Source of the DNA: Antedon mediterranea
Lineage: Eukaryota; Animalia; Echinodermata
Direction: 5' to 3'
DNA length: 64,000 bases
NCBI RefSeq assembly: GCF_964355755.1
Contig: NC_092672.1
Coordinates: 13,454,001-13,518,000 of the forward strand
Part shown: piece by piece, positions 13,560-26,485 of the stretch
Layout: each line of letters opens with the position of its first letter
Numbering within the stretch: position 1 is the stretch's first letter
The notes under the pieces: model-generated
Databases searched by the model: none
What the model was told of the DNA's origin: nothing
The model's input: the letters and a program-made list of their open reading frames with translations, nothing else
Made by a program: the position numbers and the translations under genes

Positions 13560-13810
13560 AAAATTTGAGCCACAGAATATGATTTTACGCAACGTAGACT
13601 CCAGATTTCCGATTGAGCCAATCAAGTTTACGTTATTTTCTGATATGAAATCTAGATTTTCCAACTCGATAAAGAGCTCAAACAAATTGTTTCTCCGTTT
13701 TATGTGTTTTCTTGGCATGTAGCTTTTCAGCAGATTCTTCAATTCATACACTTGGTCTTCGTCAATAATTGAAGCAATACTAACAAGCATACGTCTAGGA
13801 GAAAATAGAT
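13560..13810 (-). pseudogene. Death-effector-domain-like exon
   Basis: RRMLVSIASIIDEDQVYELKNLLKSYMPRKHIKRRNNLFELFIELENLDFISENNVNLI fits the DED helix pattern; no complete gene model recoverable. Confidence 0.7.
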
Positions 13811-15407
13811 AAGATAATAAGATTCTGCTGACCATAAAAAAAGTAAAGAAAATAAAAGAGATTAAACTACCTATACCATGAGATGATAGGCATCACTTCT
13901 TTCTGCAAATATCGTTCTACTGTAAACATCGTTCTACTGTAAACGCTATTTCAGTCTCGCTTATCTCACTCAACAGTTGTTTGAGTAAGTTTAAGTTCAT
14001 TTTTGATACTTTGTTCATGCCAAAAAATGTAATAGAATAATCAATTTAACATATTAAATCAATTTTGTTTTCACTTGTATTACTGTAGGAAAAATGAAAC
14101 TATTGTCAAATTGTATTGTACTGCCAACTGTACTTTACCAACAACAAACCAAAATAATAACAAAAAGTTGTATAAATATATATTGTGATATTGAAATCAA
14201 AATTAAAACAATAAATATTATATAATAACTAAAAAAAGCTATAATTGTAATACGATGGCCTTTTTGCATTGTTCTTCTGTCCAACTTCTTTCTTATGTTG
14301 CATCTCCTTTTTCCATTCACTTATAAAAGGTTTTTTTTCGCATTTATCCATCTACTTATACTGCTCAAAATATTCTTGGAATAAGTCTTTGCTCTCTTCA
14401 AATGATTTACTTGACTTGTTTTTCTTTATTTTGTTTAACAAAATATTTTTTTTTCATACTTGCCCTGTGTAATTTCTTCCAATTGGCTGGCAACGTCTAA
14501 TGTCAACACCTGGAAAATTAAAGTTTCCAAAACACAACAGCAGTCAGCTTTTGGTAACTGCATTTTGTTTGGCATGTTGTCAAATAATATTCAATAAAAA
14601 AATCATGGCAGCGTCTGTTGCATTGCATTGAAGCCTAAATCCAAGTAACATTGTAACGCTCTCCAGGGTTGAACTTATGAACCATGGATATAATTCGCAG
14701 TACCAATTGAGTTCAATTCAATTATTTCAACAATCATCCATATTGGATAATTGCATTTTAAAAATTATACTCCATGTCTTAACTTTGCAAAGGTAAAAGA
14801 AAAAGTGTTTGGTATTTGAATTTCGCATGTTTGACCACCGATATTTACCACTGGTTATAGATAAGAAACTGGGATATTTTTTTTAATAGGATACTGTTAC
14901 TTTGATAAATATTTCTGGTAATTATGTCTTCCAATATGTTCATAAGTTGCAAATGAGTAATCCTTCACACACAGATACACATTAATATAGCATTGCACCT
15001 TCTTACTCACAATTAATTATAAATAAGAGCGGCAAAACCAAAAAAGCGAAAACTTGTGAAGAGCTGCCTAAAATAAAAAATATAGTACAATTTTATCGAA
15101 TAATAACAAAACAAAAACCAAAGTAAATAAAATCGATTGCCTCTCGGACTGAGATGACGATTGGTGGGTAGGCTTCACACAGTTTTGTTATAAGGTACTC
15201 CATGTACCGATTACTGGCCATTGGGACGGTTCGGTGTTTTGACCAAAGAAGCATCTGTAATATTTAAAAAGAATATTTTATTAACATTTGATTCAATTAA
15301 CAGCAACTTGCATCCACCGCATCAACCAACAAACTGAACCAAAGTAGGAAACTTCTTTACCGTCTAGTGCTTTCGACACCTGGGATTACAGTCGTTTTAC
15401 ACCTTTT

Positions 15408-16064
15408 GATGTCGTGATTGGCGTTTGATGACTTTGTCATAAGGGTCGAGGTTGTTCCATAGCTTTGTGATCTGTTTTTTAACCTGCCCTTGGACAGGTA
15501 ATCTTGATGTCATGATTGGCGTTTGATGACTTTGTCATAAGGGTCGAGGTTGTTCCATAGCTTTGTGATCTGTTTTTGAACCTGCCCTTAGACAGGTAAT
15601 CTTGATGTCGTGATTGGCGTTTGATGACTTTGTCATAAGGGTCGAGGTTGTTCCATAGCTTTGTGATCTGTTTTTGAACCTGCCCTTAGACAGGTAATCT
15701 TGATGTCGTGATTGGCGTTTGATGACTTTCTCATAAGGGTCGAGGTTGTTCCATAGCTTTGTGATCTGTTTTTGAACCTGCCCTTAGACAGGTAATCTTG
15801 ATGTCGTGATTGGCGTTTGATGACTTTGTCATAAGGGTCGAGGTTGTTCCATAGCTTTGTGATCTGTTTTTGAACCTGCCCTTAGACAGGTAATCTTGAT
15901 GTCGTGATTGGCGTTTGATGACTTTGTCATAAGGGTCGAGGTTGTTCCATAGCTTTGTGATCTGCTTTTTAACCTGCCCTTGGACAGGTAATCTTGATGT
16001 CGTGATTGGCGTTTGATGACTTTGTCATAAGGGTCAAGGTTGTTCCATAGCTTTGTGATCTGCT
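15408..16064. repeat. 98-bp tandem repeat, ~6.7 near-identical copies
   Basis: GATGTC(G/A)TGATTGGCG starts at 15408, 15506, 15604, 15702, 15800, 15898, 15996. Confidence 0.97.
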
Positions 16065-16318
16065 CTGCTTGAGTTTTACTTACGACACCACTGTCTCCTT
16101 TGAACTGGAATAGACAGTCGGCCAGGGTTTAGAATCCTCAAACTCCTGAAATTGTTTTGAATGTGCATTTAATTTTTTTTTTATGTTTTCCATACATTGA
16201 CGACAGTCAAAGGGAAGAGGGAAAAAATCGAAATCCTCATATAAGGTACGAGAATTCTATTTATAGTTTATAAACATCAACCACTATAACATACAGTAAG
16301 CTAAAATAAAAATAAATA

Positions 16319-16585
16319 CCTGGATGAAAAAATGATCTGGATTCGCACAGGGATCCCGGGAAATATGGTTGGGATTCCTGGTTCCTGGTGGCATTTGCGT
16401 AAAATCCGACCGGGATTTATAGTCGGGATTCCTGCTGAGATTAGTACACCCCCATCGGGATCCCACTTGAATTTAAAAAAAATCCGATTGGGATTCCCGT
16501 CAGTGTCCCGCTGGTATTTGTGATACTCCTCAACGGTATTCAGGCGGGATCCCGCCAGGAATCCCGATCATTTTTTTTTTTCGGG
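16319..16585. mobile_element. Small MITE-like element rich in GGGAT(T/C)CC motifs
   Basis: Left AAAAAATGATCTGGATTC is inverted relative to right GAATCCCGATCATTTTTT; many internal GGGATCCC/GGGATTCC motifs. Confidence 0.6.
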
Positions 16586-18519
16586 ATTCTCGCTGTGATA
16601 AAAAATCAGAAGTCGATTGACATATTGCATTTTAAATGAATTGTTTTTTAATCATAATACGTCACATATCTTGTCATCACTACTTGAGAGTTGAGTTTCA
16701 ACAGGTGGGGATTGGAAGGGGATTGCTGCTTACGTAACCAAATATACTGTAAATTTACTCACTTCTAATCGCCCCTCTCTTTGCCTCATCGCCACCTTAT
16801 CCCGGCCAAACCTATATACACTTAACGTTGTGCACTCCTCCTTGGACACGCATTACTGTTGTTGCTGATATTTCAGCCTTTCCCTGCTGACCCAAATCTG
16901 GCCTCGCCCAGGTATGTAAATTCTTGTAAATAATAGTTATATGATTTGTTTATATTCCAAGAACTTTACAACGAAATACACATGAGGAATGTTTTTAAAA
17001 AGTATTATAAAATCCTTGTAGATCACACGCCTCTTCCGGATCTGGTCATATATCAATTTCATTCTTACCTAGAATACAAGCAAACGGTTCCGGGATTGGG
17101 TTTCGCTTCGAAAAACGGGTGAATTTTTAGAGAATTTGGAACGAGATGTTGTCACATAAAAATCTAATAAAAATCTTAACAGAGAAACTCGCAGTCGCCT
17201 CAATCTAAACATGACATGACATCACCTTTCAGCGCTTTTTTAGACCGCTAATTTTATGTGATTGGTCAATAATTTTTTCCATTTTGCAGCAAACGCCTGT
17301 GATAGGTCTACAATTGAAACATATTGAACGTCAACCTTGCATATTACAGTACATTCAAGTTAGTATATGATGATAGCATTTATGAATATGTTCTCTTCTC
17401 TTTGAGGTTCTTGTGATGAGCATGTGACAAAGTGTTTCCTGTGATGGTTAATACAGTTGCTGAGCATTACCTCTGTATGACAGCAAAGAAAACAAAGAAT
17501 GATAGTAGTATAGTAATAAATTTAAATTCTTCAACTATTTCCTACTGCTCGTCACACTCTGACCCAGAAAACTACAAAAAGAGCAAACAGCAAGTAAACT
17601 ATTAGACTATTTACCTATACCACCTGTATATTATACAAAAGTATATAGTGGCAACAACCAAATGAATTCTGATTCCGGCTATGAAAAAGTGACCTTAAAT
17701 CTCTCACCCTCCTTCACTAATCGTTTGATGATGTAAACAGATTATTTTTGTTTTGTGTTATCTGTCCATGATGCTTCTCAAATTTGTTTTAAAGAGTTTC
17801 ACATAAAGCTTAGCTAATATTTGCTGGTGATAAAAAAATCAGATGTAATCCCCTCTTAGCTAGGTTTTTCCAATGTTATATTTGAACAATCTTCTTTCAA
17901 CATATTTCACCGAAATCCACAAAGCTTTGAGGCATTACCAGTATTTTCAGCTGTTTAGTAGCTTGCTACATTCTTTTCTTTCTTTGTCAATGTTCAATTT
18001 GTCCGCAAATATCTTTCTTATTCAATTACTTTTCTAATGAACAGAATTTTAAAAAAACACAGAAACGATCTTTTGTTCATTTTGCAGAAACCGAATAATT
18101 TGGGAATCCTTTTCGATTTCACTTACCCATAACATAAATTATTGGCATCTACAGTGTTGGTTGTTAACATACTCTTTCTGTTCATAGATCCACCGCATCC
18201 ACTGTCGTACATGAATCATTTGGTGATGTTACAAAGATCCATTCTCTTGAAGTTACTTTAAGTACCATCTAAAATATCCCATATCCCTCAATATTTGTAA
18301 ATGCTTCTCTGTCATTTTACAGAACCAACAGAATTATAAAAATTGCAGATACAATCTCTTGTTCCGTTTACCAAAAACGAAATCCTTGTCGTTTCAACTT
18401 GACTCTGGCATCATCATCTTTCTTTGCACTATGCCACTCTCCATTCTTGAAATCCTCATCACACAAAATTCTAACTTGTGTGGTCTTTTCAAGCCGGGTT
18501 GATATGTGATAGGGTGTAG

Positions 18520-18640
18520 AGTTTGCCAATTTGTTTTAGGAACTTGGAGGTTCAGTTTATCATTAGAAGAATGGAGAGAATGACAGGTTGATGGATATAA
18601 AGGTCTTGAATATAGGAAGGGGCAGAGTTGTTGAAACACT
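18520..18640 (-). mobile_element. Short LINE ORF2 C-terminal fragment
   Basis: YPSTCHSLHSSNDKLNLQVPKTN resembles the LRSS..L.VP motif at the end of L2/CR1 ORF2. Confidence 0.4.
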
Positions 18641-20879
18641 TGAAAGTAATAATTACATTAAAAAAAATTTGATATGATAGTATAATTGGAAGCCAGTAAA
18701 GTTTTTGGAAAAGGTTTCAAACATCTAAGCTAAGAATATTATTGCTGAATGTTTACTCTGAACCATTTGTACCATTTAGCATATCCAATAATCATAACCT
18801 CTTTCTGTGTGCAATAACACTGTTGTACTTTAATACAGTTACATGTGGTATATGATTTCTGCATATTGAGCATTCACATTTTTCAGTCAGTGGTAACATG
18901 GCCCACTTCAAAACATGTGTATACTACATATTGCGTGTCTTCAATTAAATTCCCGTCTCCCCTTAATTTTATCCACTAATTACTCTCCTTTCACATGCAA
19001 ACAGTAACTATGCATGAATGTAAACAAAAAAAAATTTTTGTTATGTACTGTATTGGATGAATTTTATCATCCATCCAGATAAAATAAATCTGATCAACTT
19101 AATATACTTGTTTATTGAAACAGCAATATTTCATAAGCTATACAGGTTATGTCATCAGGAAAAATTATGTTGTTGCTGTGATTGGTCTATGTATGACATG
19201 TAGATCCCTAGATGTTGCAAAATATTTTCTGGTAATAAGGATCTCACACAAAAAAAATATTACAGTAACTCCAGATGCTGGGTTTCTTCAAAACACTATG
19301 TTTACAGTGGAAGGTTTTGCAGATGCTATAAAATGACCAACTTTACCCCATTATGATGAACCTGTTATAAACACTTTGAAAGAACTGCAACGTACATTTG
19401 TACCGCCTACTCATTGGTTTTGTTTGTGACCAGACCAGTTAATTCTTTTTACAACCATATTAACAACATAAAAACTTGGACTGGACTGTTAATAGTAACA
19501 ACAACATACCATGGAACATTGCAAACACCACAGAATTGATTATTTCCACAAATTGTTAATAGTATCAAGAAAACACCTCTTTAAAATGAAAACGACAATG
19601 AATGAGTATGTGGATGTCAGTTGCACCTTTGCAAAAGCATTTTATAAATCCTCAGACACTGTTGATTTTGCCACTGACACTTCTGGAGACAGTGCCCACA
19701 TGCATAATAAACTTTCTGATGAAACAAGGCAAAAACTGGTTCACCCAAATGATGAAAGTCCCAAACAAAACAACACAACATTGTTTATGCCATGCGATGC
19801 AGATATGGGTTGTGACTATATTAGCTAAATGCAAGTACATCTGGCTGAACTTTGTGTTACTGTATATTGACACTTAGAATATCAACCAGTCTAACAACAA
19901 GGATGTGGTCATCTTAGAAAGAGAATTAAGATACTTTCCGAGAGGTGTGAAATAGGAAGTTTACAGCAAATGCAAAGATCTCTTCTGAACAGAGGAGTAG
20001 GCCCACGTCACAACGTATCTGGAACTTTCAACTCATCATTGTTCAGACCAATTGCTGCAGCAACATCATTCGGCCTAATACTACAACCTGAATAGATTGT
20101 TAAATCTTGCTGTTTCAATGCACTTGTCCGGATGATCAGATTTATCATATACACTACATACTATGTGGAGAATTCCACATATGGGAAATTCAATTTTAAC
20201 GGACGTGACATTTTTACACTTCCAAAGCAAATATATAAAATAATAAAAGACTCTTGCAACAACTTGTAACAAAATAAGACTTATGACCAGTAAAACTCTC
20301 TTTTACCAAAATTTATTTAAAATATTGCGTTGTTATGAAAATATACGCGGTTTTACTGTGTCACGTACCTGTACGTGACAGCGTCTTTTTTAGAATAACT
20401 GAAAATGTGACTTCATATGCAAATTTCAGCTCAAGATGAACATTTAGTGTATGTACATGAAAACAAGTCTATTCTACACTAAATGGATGAAAATAAAGTT
20501 ATTTTACCAATTTTAATTAATAGCTACTTAAATAATTGGAATTAATGTGACAGAGACACTTAATACTATTACAAGTGCTTTAGTGTTATTTATTATGGAT
20601 ACCAATGCTTCAAGATGGTTCAAAAGACAATTGAGCATTACTATACTAGTTACTATTAAGACTTTTTAGTGGGCTTTTCTAGATTATTAAAAGGTTCTTA
20701 CATGTTCAACACCAAAATTGAAAATAATAATCAAAACTCAAATGTTGGCGATTGTCCCATGTAGGCATTGGAAGTTTAGCCATGATCTGATTATTTTTTT
20801 AAAATAAGTATACAGTCAGTGGATTTTCGCCAATGACGTGGCCTACAAAATGGCGAGTACTTTTGGTAGATTTGTACTC

Positions 20880-21625
20880 TACCACCACCCAATCATCAAA
20901 TTTAGTTGGTGATGTAGATGGTGGTATTGGGCACTTCTGGGTGTACTTTTAGAAGTTGAAACAGTTTGCTTAAATGTGAATGGAGTGGAGTGTGCTTTGT
21001 GTGTATGAGGTAGGGTTAGAACATCTTCCCATCTTTTATCTAAAAAGGCCTTGTTTGAATTCACATCTTCTGCAGAACATCACAGAACATTGGTGATAGA
21101 ATTGGCTTCAGCTGCACATTTTGCAAATGATCTTGCATCTGTAACTTCCACCTGGCGGGCAAGCATTTTTTGCCACCCCTCTCTCTTGAAATTACCACCA
21201 ATGCCATCAACTGCTCCTTTTCCATGTGACGTAGCAAAAAAGTGCCAATTCGGGTAGTCATATTTTTAAGTCTTGGATTATTAGCTTGTTGAATTGATGC
21301 ACAGCATACTTATCATGACTAAAGATAGTTTGAAACAACAACATATGAGATGCACTTTAATGGGATGTTAGCGACCGCAGTGTAAATTGTGACTAGGTCA
21401 TTTAACCTGTGAGTACTTCATCTTGTACAATTCTCACTAAAGTCTACTTTGCCGTTCTTTATTTGCCTCTCTTTTCCTGATAGTTCTTCCTCTGTTAGAA
21501 CAACTTCTAGTTGATGTTTTCTTTTGCGTTCTATATCTTTCAGCTTGATTAACATTTTCTTTTCCTGAGACATTGATTGTCTGTGCTTTTTCATCCGATC
21601 CTTCCCCAAAACAAGCGCCATCTTT
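20880..21625 (-). pseudogene. Sola2-like DNA transposase fragments
   Basis: NWHFFATSHGKGAVDGIGGNFKR (~21255-21185); basic N-terminal piece KDRMKKHRQSMSQEKK at 21418-21620. Confidence 0.7.
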
Positions 21626-22379
21626 ATTTTAAATAATTGAATTAATATTGTATAATACTTTGCATTCATTTAATAATTAAAACAGATCTTTTTTTTTTTT
21701 AAATTAATAGTTAAATACATTATACATTATATTATATTTGAATATTTTTATTCAAAATAAATAGTATTTACCTTTGCTATATTTTAGTAGACTAAATCCT
21801 CCCAAAGAAGGCAGATGAGAAAGAGGAGCAAACTTATTTGTTGAAATAAAATTTAGACACTGACACTCCTGGTCTTTTTATGAGGTGTATATTATCAGAG
21901 CTATGGAATGTTGATTTTAAACTTCCTACTGTCAATATTTAAATTGTGTATGGACATGAAAGTGATTATTGCATCCAACAATTCTGCACACTCATAAGTG
22001 TCATTCTTCCGTTTAATTCCAAGTACTCCCAAAAGTGAGCCAGCCACAAGACTACAATTTGTATCTTTAGTTTTTATTTAGAAAACACACTCAAATCAAG
22101 CATTAATTTTTCATTTTTCCTACTTTATGCAAAACTCCTCCAAATAGCTTGAAACATGCCACAACTTAATTGTCTTATTACATGCAATGTCTGTAATTTT
22201 TACAGTTGATGATGACACTAATTGACACAGAATGGAAGGAATTCTGCTTTATTCCATCACTAAGCTTTACATTATCACTAATGTGATCATGTCTAAGTAT
22301 TGACAAAATTTAATTAAAATGTCATACTCGGGTATCTAAAAACAAGCTCCTTCAAGGGACAATCCGACAACAAATTGTC

Positions 22380-22840
22380 AAGTCATCTCAGCATTGTTCT
22401 TTAATTCTTTCTTTTTCTATTGACTTTACTTATTCTAGCTTACTTATTTTTTCTTAACTACTGTCATTGTGTTTTGCAGTTTTTCTACCACCTATTTTGT
22501 GAAAGCCCTACACATTGTTAGTGTATTATTAAAACAAATTTGCATTCTGTCTTGATTAAGTGGAGGGAGGCCTGTCTCCACTCTTTATTGATTTTTTCCC
22601 AGTTATTGAATTCTTTTTCAGTTCTTCAATTATAAATAGTTTTTTGGCCAGAATTCCAACACTTGTAGAAAATGGGTCTACTGGCCTTATGCACATGTCT
22701 TCAGTTCATTCATGGAATGGCCATTGTGTCGGCTTCTATCATCCTTAGGGAGTTTTTTTGCCTCTGACTTTTTTTTACCCCTTTAACTTATATACCTCCT
22801 TCTCAAGATTCTTTATCCTTCTATTATCACTCATTCTGAA
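22380..22840 (-). pseudogene. BEN-domain-like gene copy 1
   Basis: RPVDPFSTSVGILAKKLFIIEELKKNSITGKKSIKSGDRPP; related DNA at 26240-26485 and 30520-30810. Confidence 0.65.
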
Positions 22841-23379
22841 AAAATAAAACTGAAAAATGTGTTTTATATTATTAGCAAATCAATGGTAAGAGACGTCACA
22901 AACCAGTACATACAGGTATATTGAACTAAATGTATTAGAGACCAATGTATTTTCCAGTAGATTTGTTAGATGCAACTCTATAGAGTAGAATATTGTAGGC
23001 CACTTCTTCATTAAAGTCAATTCACTCATTGAAAATTCTATTCTATTATGCTTTGGTAATCATTAACATGGTATACAGTATAATATGATGAAGAAAAATC
23101 AGGCGAGCAGATTCCCTTAGCGAGTGGTGTCGACTGATATTCAGTGTCTTTTGGAAATAATGTAGGCACCAAATGCTTGCTCTTCCCAGATTGATCCAGC
23201 TTCTTCAATTGCCGCCCATCTAGCCATACACTTGCATCAGCCTCTCTCCAGTCAATATTCTGTGTGAGAACGTTCTACCACAAAAACCAACCAGAATCTC
23301 CTCCTTATCTGGACTCCACAAACTCTTAAAAACGCTGATTGAATCCACAAGCCTTGTTAACCCTTGGCATCTCCCAAAA

Positions 23380-23470
23380 GTGAGACGACACTGCACATGT
23401 TAGATCATCTGCATACTGAATGAACTTGCGTTCTTTTTCCTGACTGCCAGGTAACTTCACATCCTGAATC
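23380..23470 (-). mobile_element. L1/Tx1-like RT micro-fragment
   Basis: VKLPGSQEKERKFIQYADDLTC. Confidence 0.5.
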
Positions 23471-24154
23471 AAACTGAAGAAATTAAAAAAAAAGTTTAAA
23501 TTATATGATGAGAGGAAAATGTAGAGGGGAATTGAATGATGACTTGAATGATGACTATTAACAACCAATCACTTTTCTTGCTGGATGGTAAAACATCTGG
23601 CTCGTATCGTGGAAGGGAATTGGAGACCCCACCACATACTATCTACTGTAGGTATGATACAAAAAAATTGAAACTCCATATAATAAATTAATTTAATAAA
23701 AAATCCAGTAAAAAATATCATTTTAAAAAATCTTTATTTCATTAAAATCTTTATTTCATTAAAATTGACTAAATAATTGATTTTTTATAAATTATTTAAT
23801 ATATTATTTTGGTCGAGATTTTGGTATACAGTAGGAGTTTACTAATAACTTTTTCAGCAAATTTTAAGTTTCCTTAATATAAAAAATTGTAATTTGTTTT
23901 TCTCTCTATAGATTTCTGTGAATTTTACAGAGATTGTCATCATGATGTATAAAAATATTTATGTCTTTAGACTGTTTAATTCCCGTCTGCCAAGAATATA
24001 CTCCGCCCACCTCCTCCCCCACATTTTAATCTATCGTCATTTCTTTGCACAGCATGTTTTTAATCTCCCTTCCAAGCAGGTTAAATACTCCAATGAAGAC
24101 TTGTTATAAGTGGATCAAAAGTTGTTAATAGTGTTAGCAAGTAATAGCAGGGAT

Positions 24155-24280
24155 GGGGTATTACCAGGGGTGGGGGTATTACCAGGGGTGGGGTAGTACT
24201 GGGGTGGGGGTAGTACTGGGGTGGGGGTAGTACTGGGGTGGGGGTATTACCAGGGGTGGGGGTATTGCCGGGGGTGGGGT
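24155..24280 (+). repeat. G-rich 18-19-bp minisatellite
   Basis: About 6-7 units of GGGGTGGGGGTA(TTACCA/GTACT). Confidence 0.9.
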
Positions 24281-24439
24281 GTCACATGTGATTTATTATG
24301 ACATATATTGAATTGAAAAGCAATATATTCAGTAGCACCTCTATGGAAAGCTCTAGATCACATGAATTGAACTGTAGAATTTGTATGTGAATTATCTATC
24401 TCGAAAAAAACACTCAAAAGACAAAACTTAATTCCAAAA

Positions 24440-25800
24440 CAACATCCCCATAGATGAAGTCAACTGCAAGTTGAAAACTCGTAATAATGTAGTCTTCAGC
24501 ATCATCCTCGTACGTTTCATCCTTCTCTGACCAATACGAAATCACATAACCCCTCTTAGAAAACTTCTCAACCAAACCACTCCAAGGAATATCCCCTTCA
24601 TCCTTGTCAAACCATACAGTATATGAATATTTTACTGTCCACCAATTCCCCAGCGAAATAATGCTCTAAATTGAATCTTAACTCTGGATATGCTGCTGGT
24701 ATTATAGTCTTCTTTTTTTTTACGGGTTTTCTGCGGCTTGTTTTTTTGGAGAAATTCTCTTGAGAATTTCAGTCTGGACTTCCTTTGATTTCTTTTTCTT
24801 AGTGTTTCTTTGCTTCCTGGCAATGTTGATGAAGGTGTTTATTATTCCTTCCCTGTGATCATCATTCACTTGCTCCAGGTAGTCCAGCACTTTGTTCTTC
24901 CTCGCTCTTATACTGCACGAAAGGTAGTCAATTGTGGCATTTGTTTTGGAAGTCTGTCGAGCAGAAAACATGCCAATAATCTGCTCAGCATTGATGTTGT
25001 GATTTCATGACGATTCAGTCTCCTTTTGGAGTTCTTCTGATAAATCCAACTCCAAGTACCTGTTGTACTGACGCACAAGTACCTCATGTGCACCTTTTAG
25101 GCATGTTGATATCATATTGGCAAACATTTCTGTATCGCCTGGTTGTTGTCTCAAAGCAGAAATGAGTGGGTCGTCACATGACAGCTTACCACCAAAGAAG
25201 TCTGTAGTTGTTGTTAAACTAGTTTTGGGGACGTCAATGAAATGTTGTAGCTTTTACAAATGCTTCCTTGTGATGCAGTTCATTGCCGCTAGGGACATAA
25301 AACAGCGACATCCAAGGGCCGGTCAATAACTTCCCTAAAATCCCCAACACCTGGATTTCAAGTTTTGCAATTGGATTAGCGAAGTGCAAGGGCTTTTCTC
25401 AAACTGACACTACCAATGGTTTAATTATTGAATAGAGCTGTAAAAAACTCATCTTTATACGTAATCTTCTCACAGATGTGGAACAACATATGCAACCGGT
25501 TTCCGCGATATCGTGGAATAAAGCCTTTAGGCAGGTTGGCACTTGCTAGCTCTGCTTTAAATCCTCTGGGATTGCCTGTACCATCTTTGAAGCATAGCTT
25601 CGCAACATTTAGAACAACCTGGGCAGCAGCACAATCATTCAAGAACAATTTTTTGTCAGTGATTAGTTCCTTTTCAAATGTATGCAATGAGGTCGAAGTA
25701 CATCCTCTTGTCAAAATTGAATGGGTCACAGTCAAATTCATCCATGCATCTTCTAGAAATTGAACTCTGCCCATCTAGAAACAGTCTTGTAGTGATGTTT
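24440..25800 (-). pseudogene. Degraded DDE transposase, probably hAT-related
   Basis: KLCFKDGTGNP, PRYRGNRLHMLFH, LGILGKLLTGPWMSLFY, HNINAEQIIGMFS..NATIDYL..RKNKVLDYL across frameshifts. Confidence 0.6.
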
Positions 25801-25914
25801 CTTATGACCCTTCTTGCATGAAGAGATGTCCTAACTGTATTTACTGATACGTTTCCATCCTGATTTCATCTTCGAACCCTTGTTTGTGGTAGATATCTAT
25901 CCACAGATCCAATG

Positions 25915-26150
25915 GTATTTCATGAATTTTATTCAATAATAATTCATGAATTCTATTCTCTATTAATTCATGAATTATTAGGAATCCTTATTAAATAATT
26001 TTGAATCAAATTCATGAATATTATTTAATTAAATTCATAGATTGTTAATGATTTAGTTTTTAGGAATTATTACTGAAAATAATAAAATTCATGAATTATC
26101 ATTGAATAAAATTCATGAATAAGTATTGAATAAAATTCATGAATTATTAT
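25915..26150. repeat. AT-rich degenerate repeat with palindromic (AA)TTCATGAA(TT) cores
   Basis: Repeated TTCATGAA motifs at ~22-45 bp spacing; second copy at 37998-38205. Confidence 0.8.
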
Positions 26151-26239
26151 TCTATCTATGCATATTATCCAATCAAATCCAGCTGTAATTTCATACATAG
26201 TAAAAGTAGCTAACAATTGCTGCAAAAAAATTGTCAAAT

Positions 26240-26485
26240 TTCATCTCAGCATTGTTCTTTAATTCTTTATTTTTCTTTTGACTTTACTGTACTTATTTTT
26301 CAAATTACTTGTTTTTTTTCATAACTACTTTCATGGTATTTTGTAATTTTTCAACTACCTCTTTTCTGGAAGCCTCAGACACTGTCCGTATAATATCAAA
26401 AAAGATTCAGAGTCTGTCTTGATCGAGTGGAGGGCGAGGCCTGTCTCCACTCTTTACTGATTTCTTTCCAGTTATTGATTTTTTT
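26240..26485 (-). pseudogene. BEN-like gene copy 2 (3' half)
   Basis: KKSITGKKSVKSGDRPRPPLDQDRL; TCATCTCAGCATTGTTCTTTAATTCTTT shared with 22384. Confidence 0.65.

Noticed and set aside
14280-15060. Possible decayed transposase on minus strand
   Set aside because: Lys/Cys-rich but no diagnostic motif could be read.
15408-16064. Regular repeat array as CRISPR or coding repeat
   Set aside because: Units are contiguous with no unique spacers, no cas genes, eukaryotic context; 98 bp breaks frame.
17940-20280. Short ORFs possibly from a virus or unknown gene
   Set aside because: No motif I can recognise; fragments too decayed to call.
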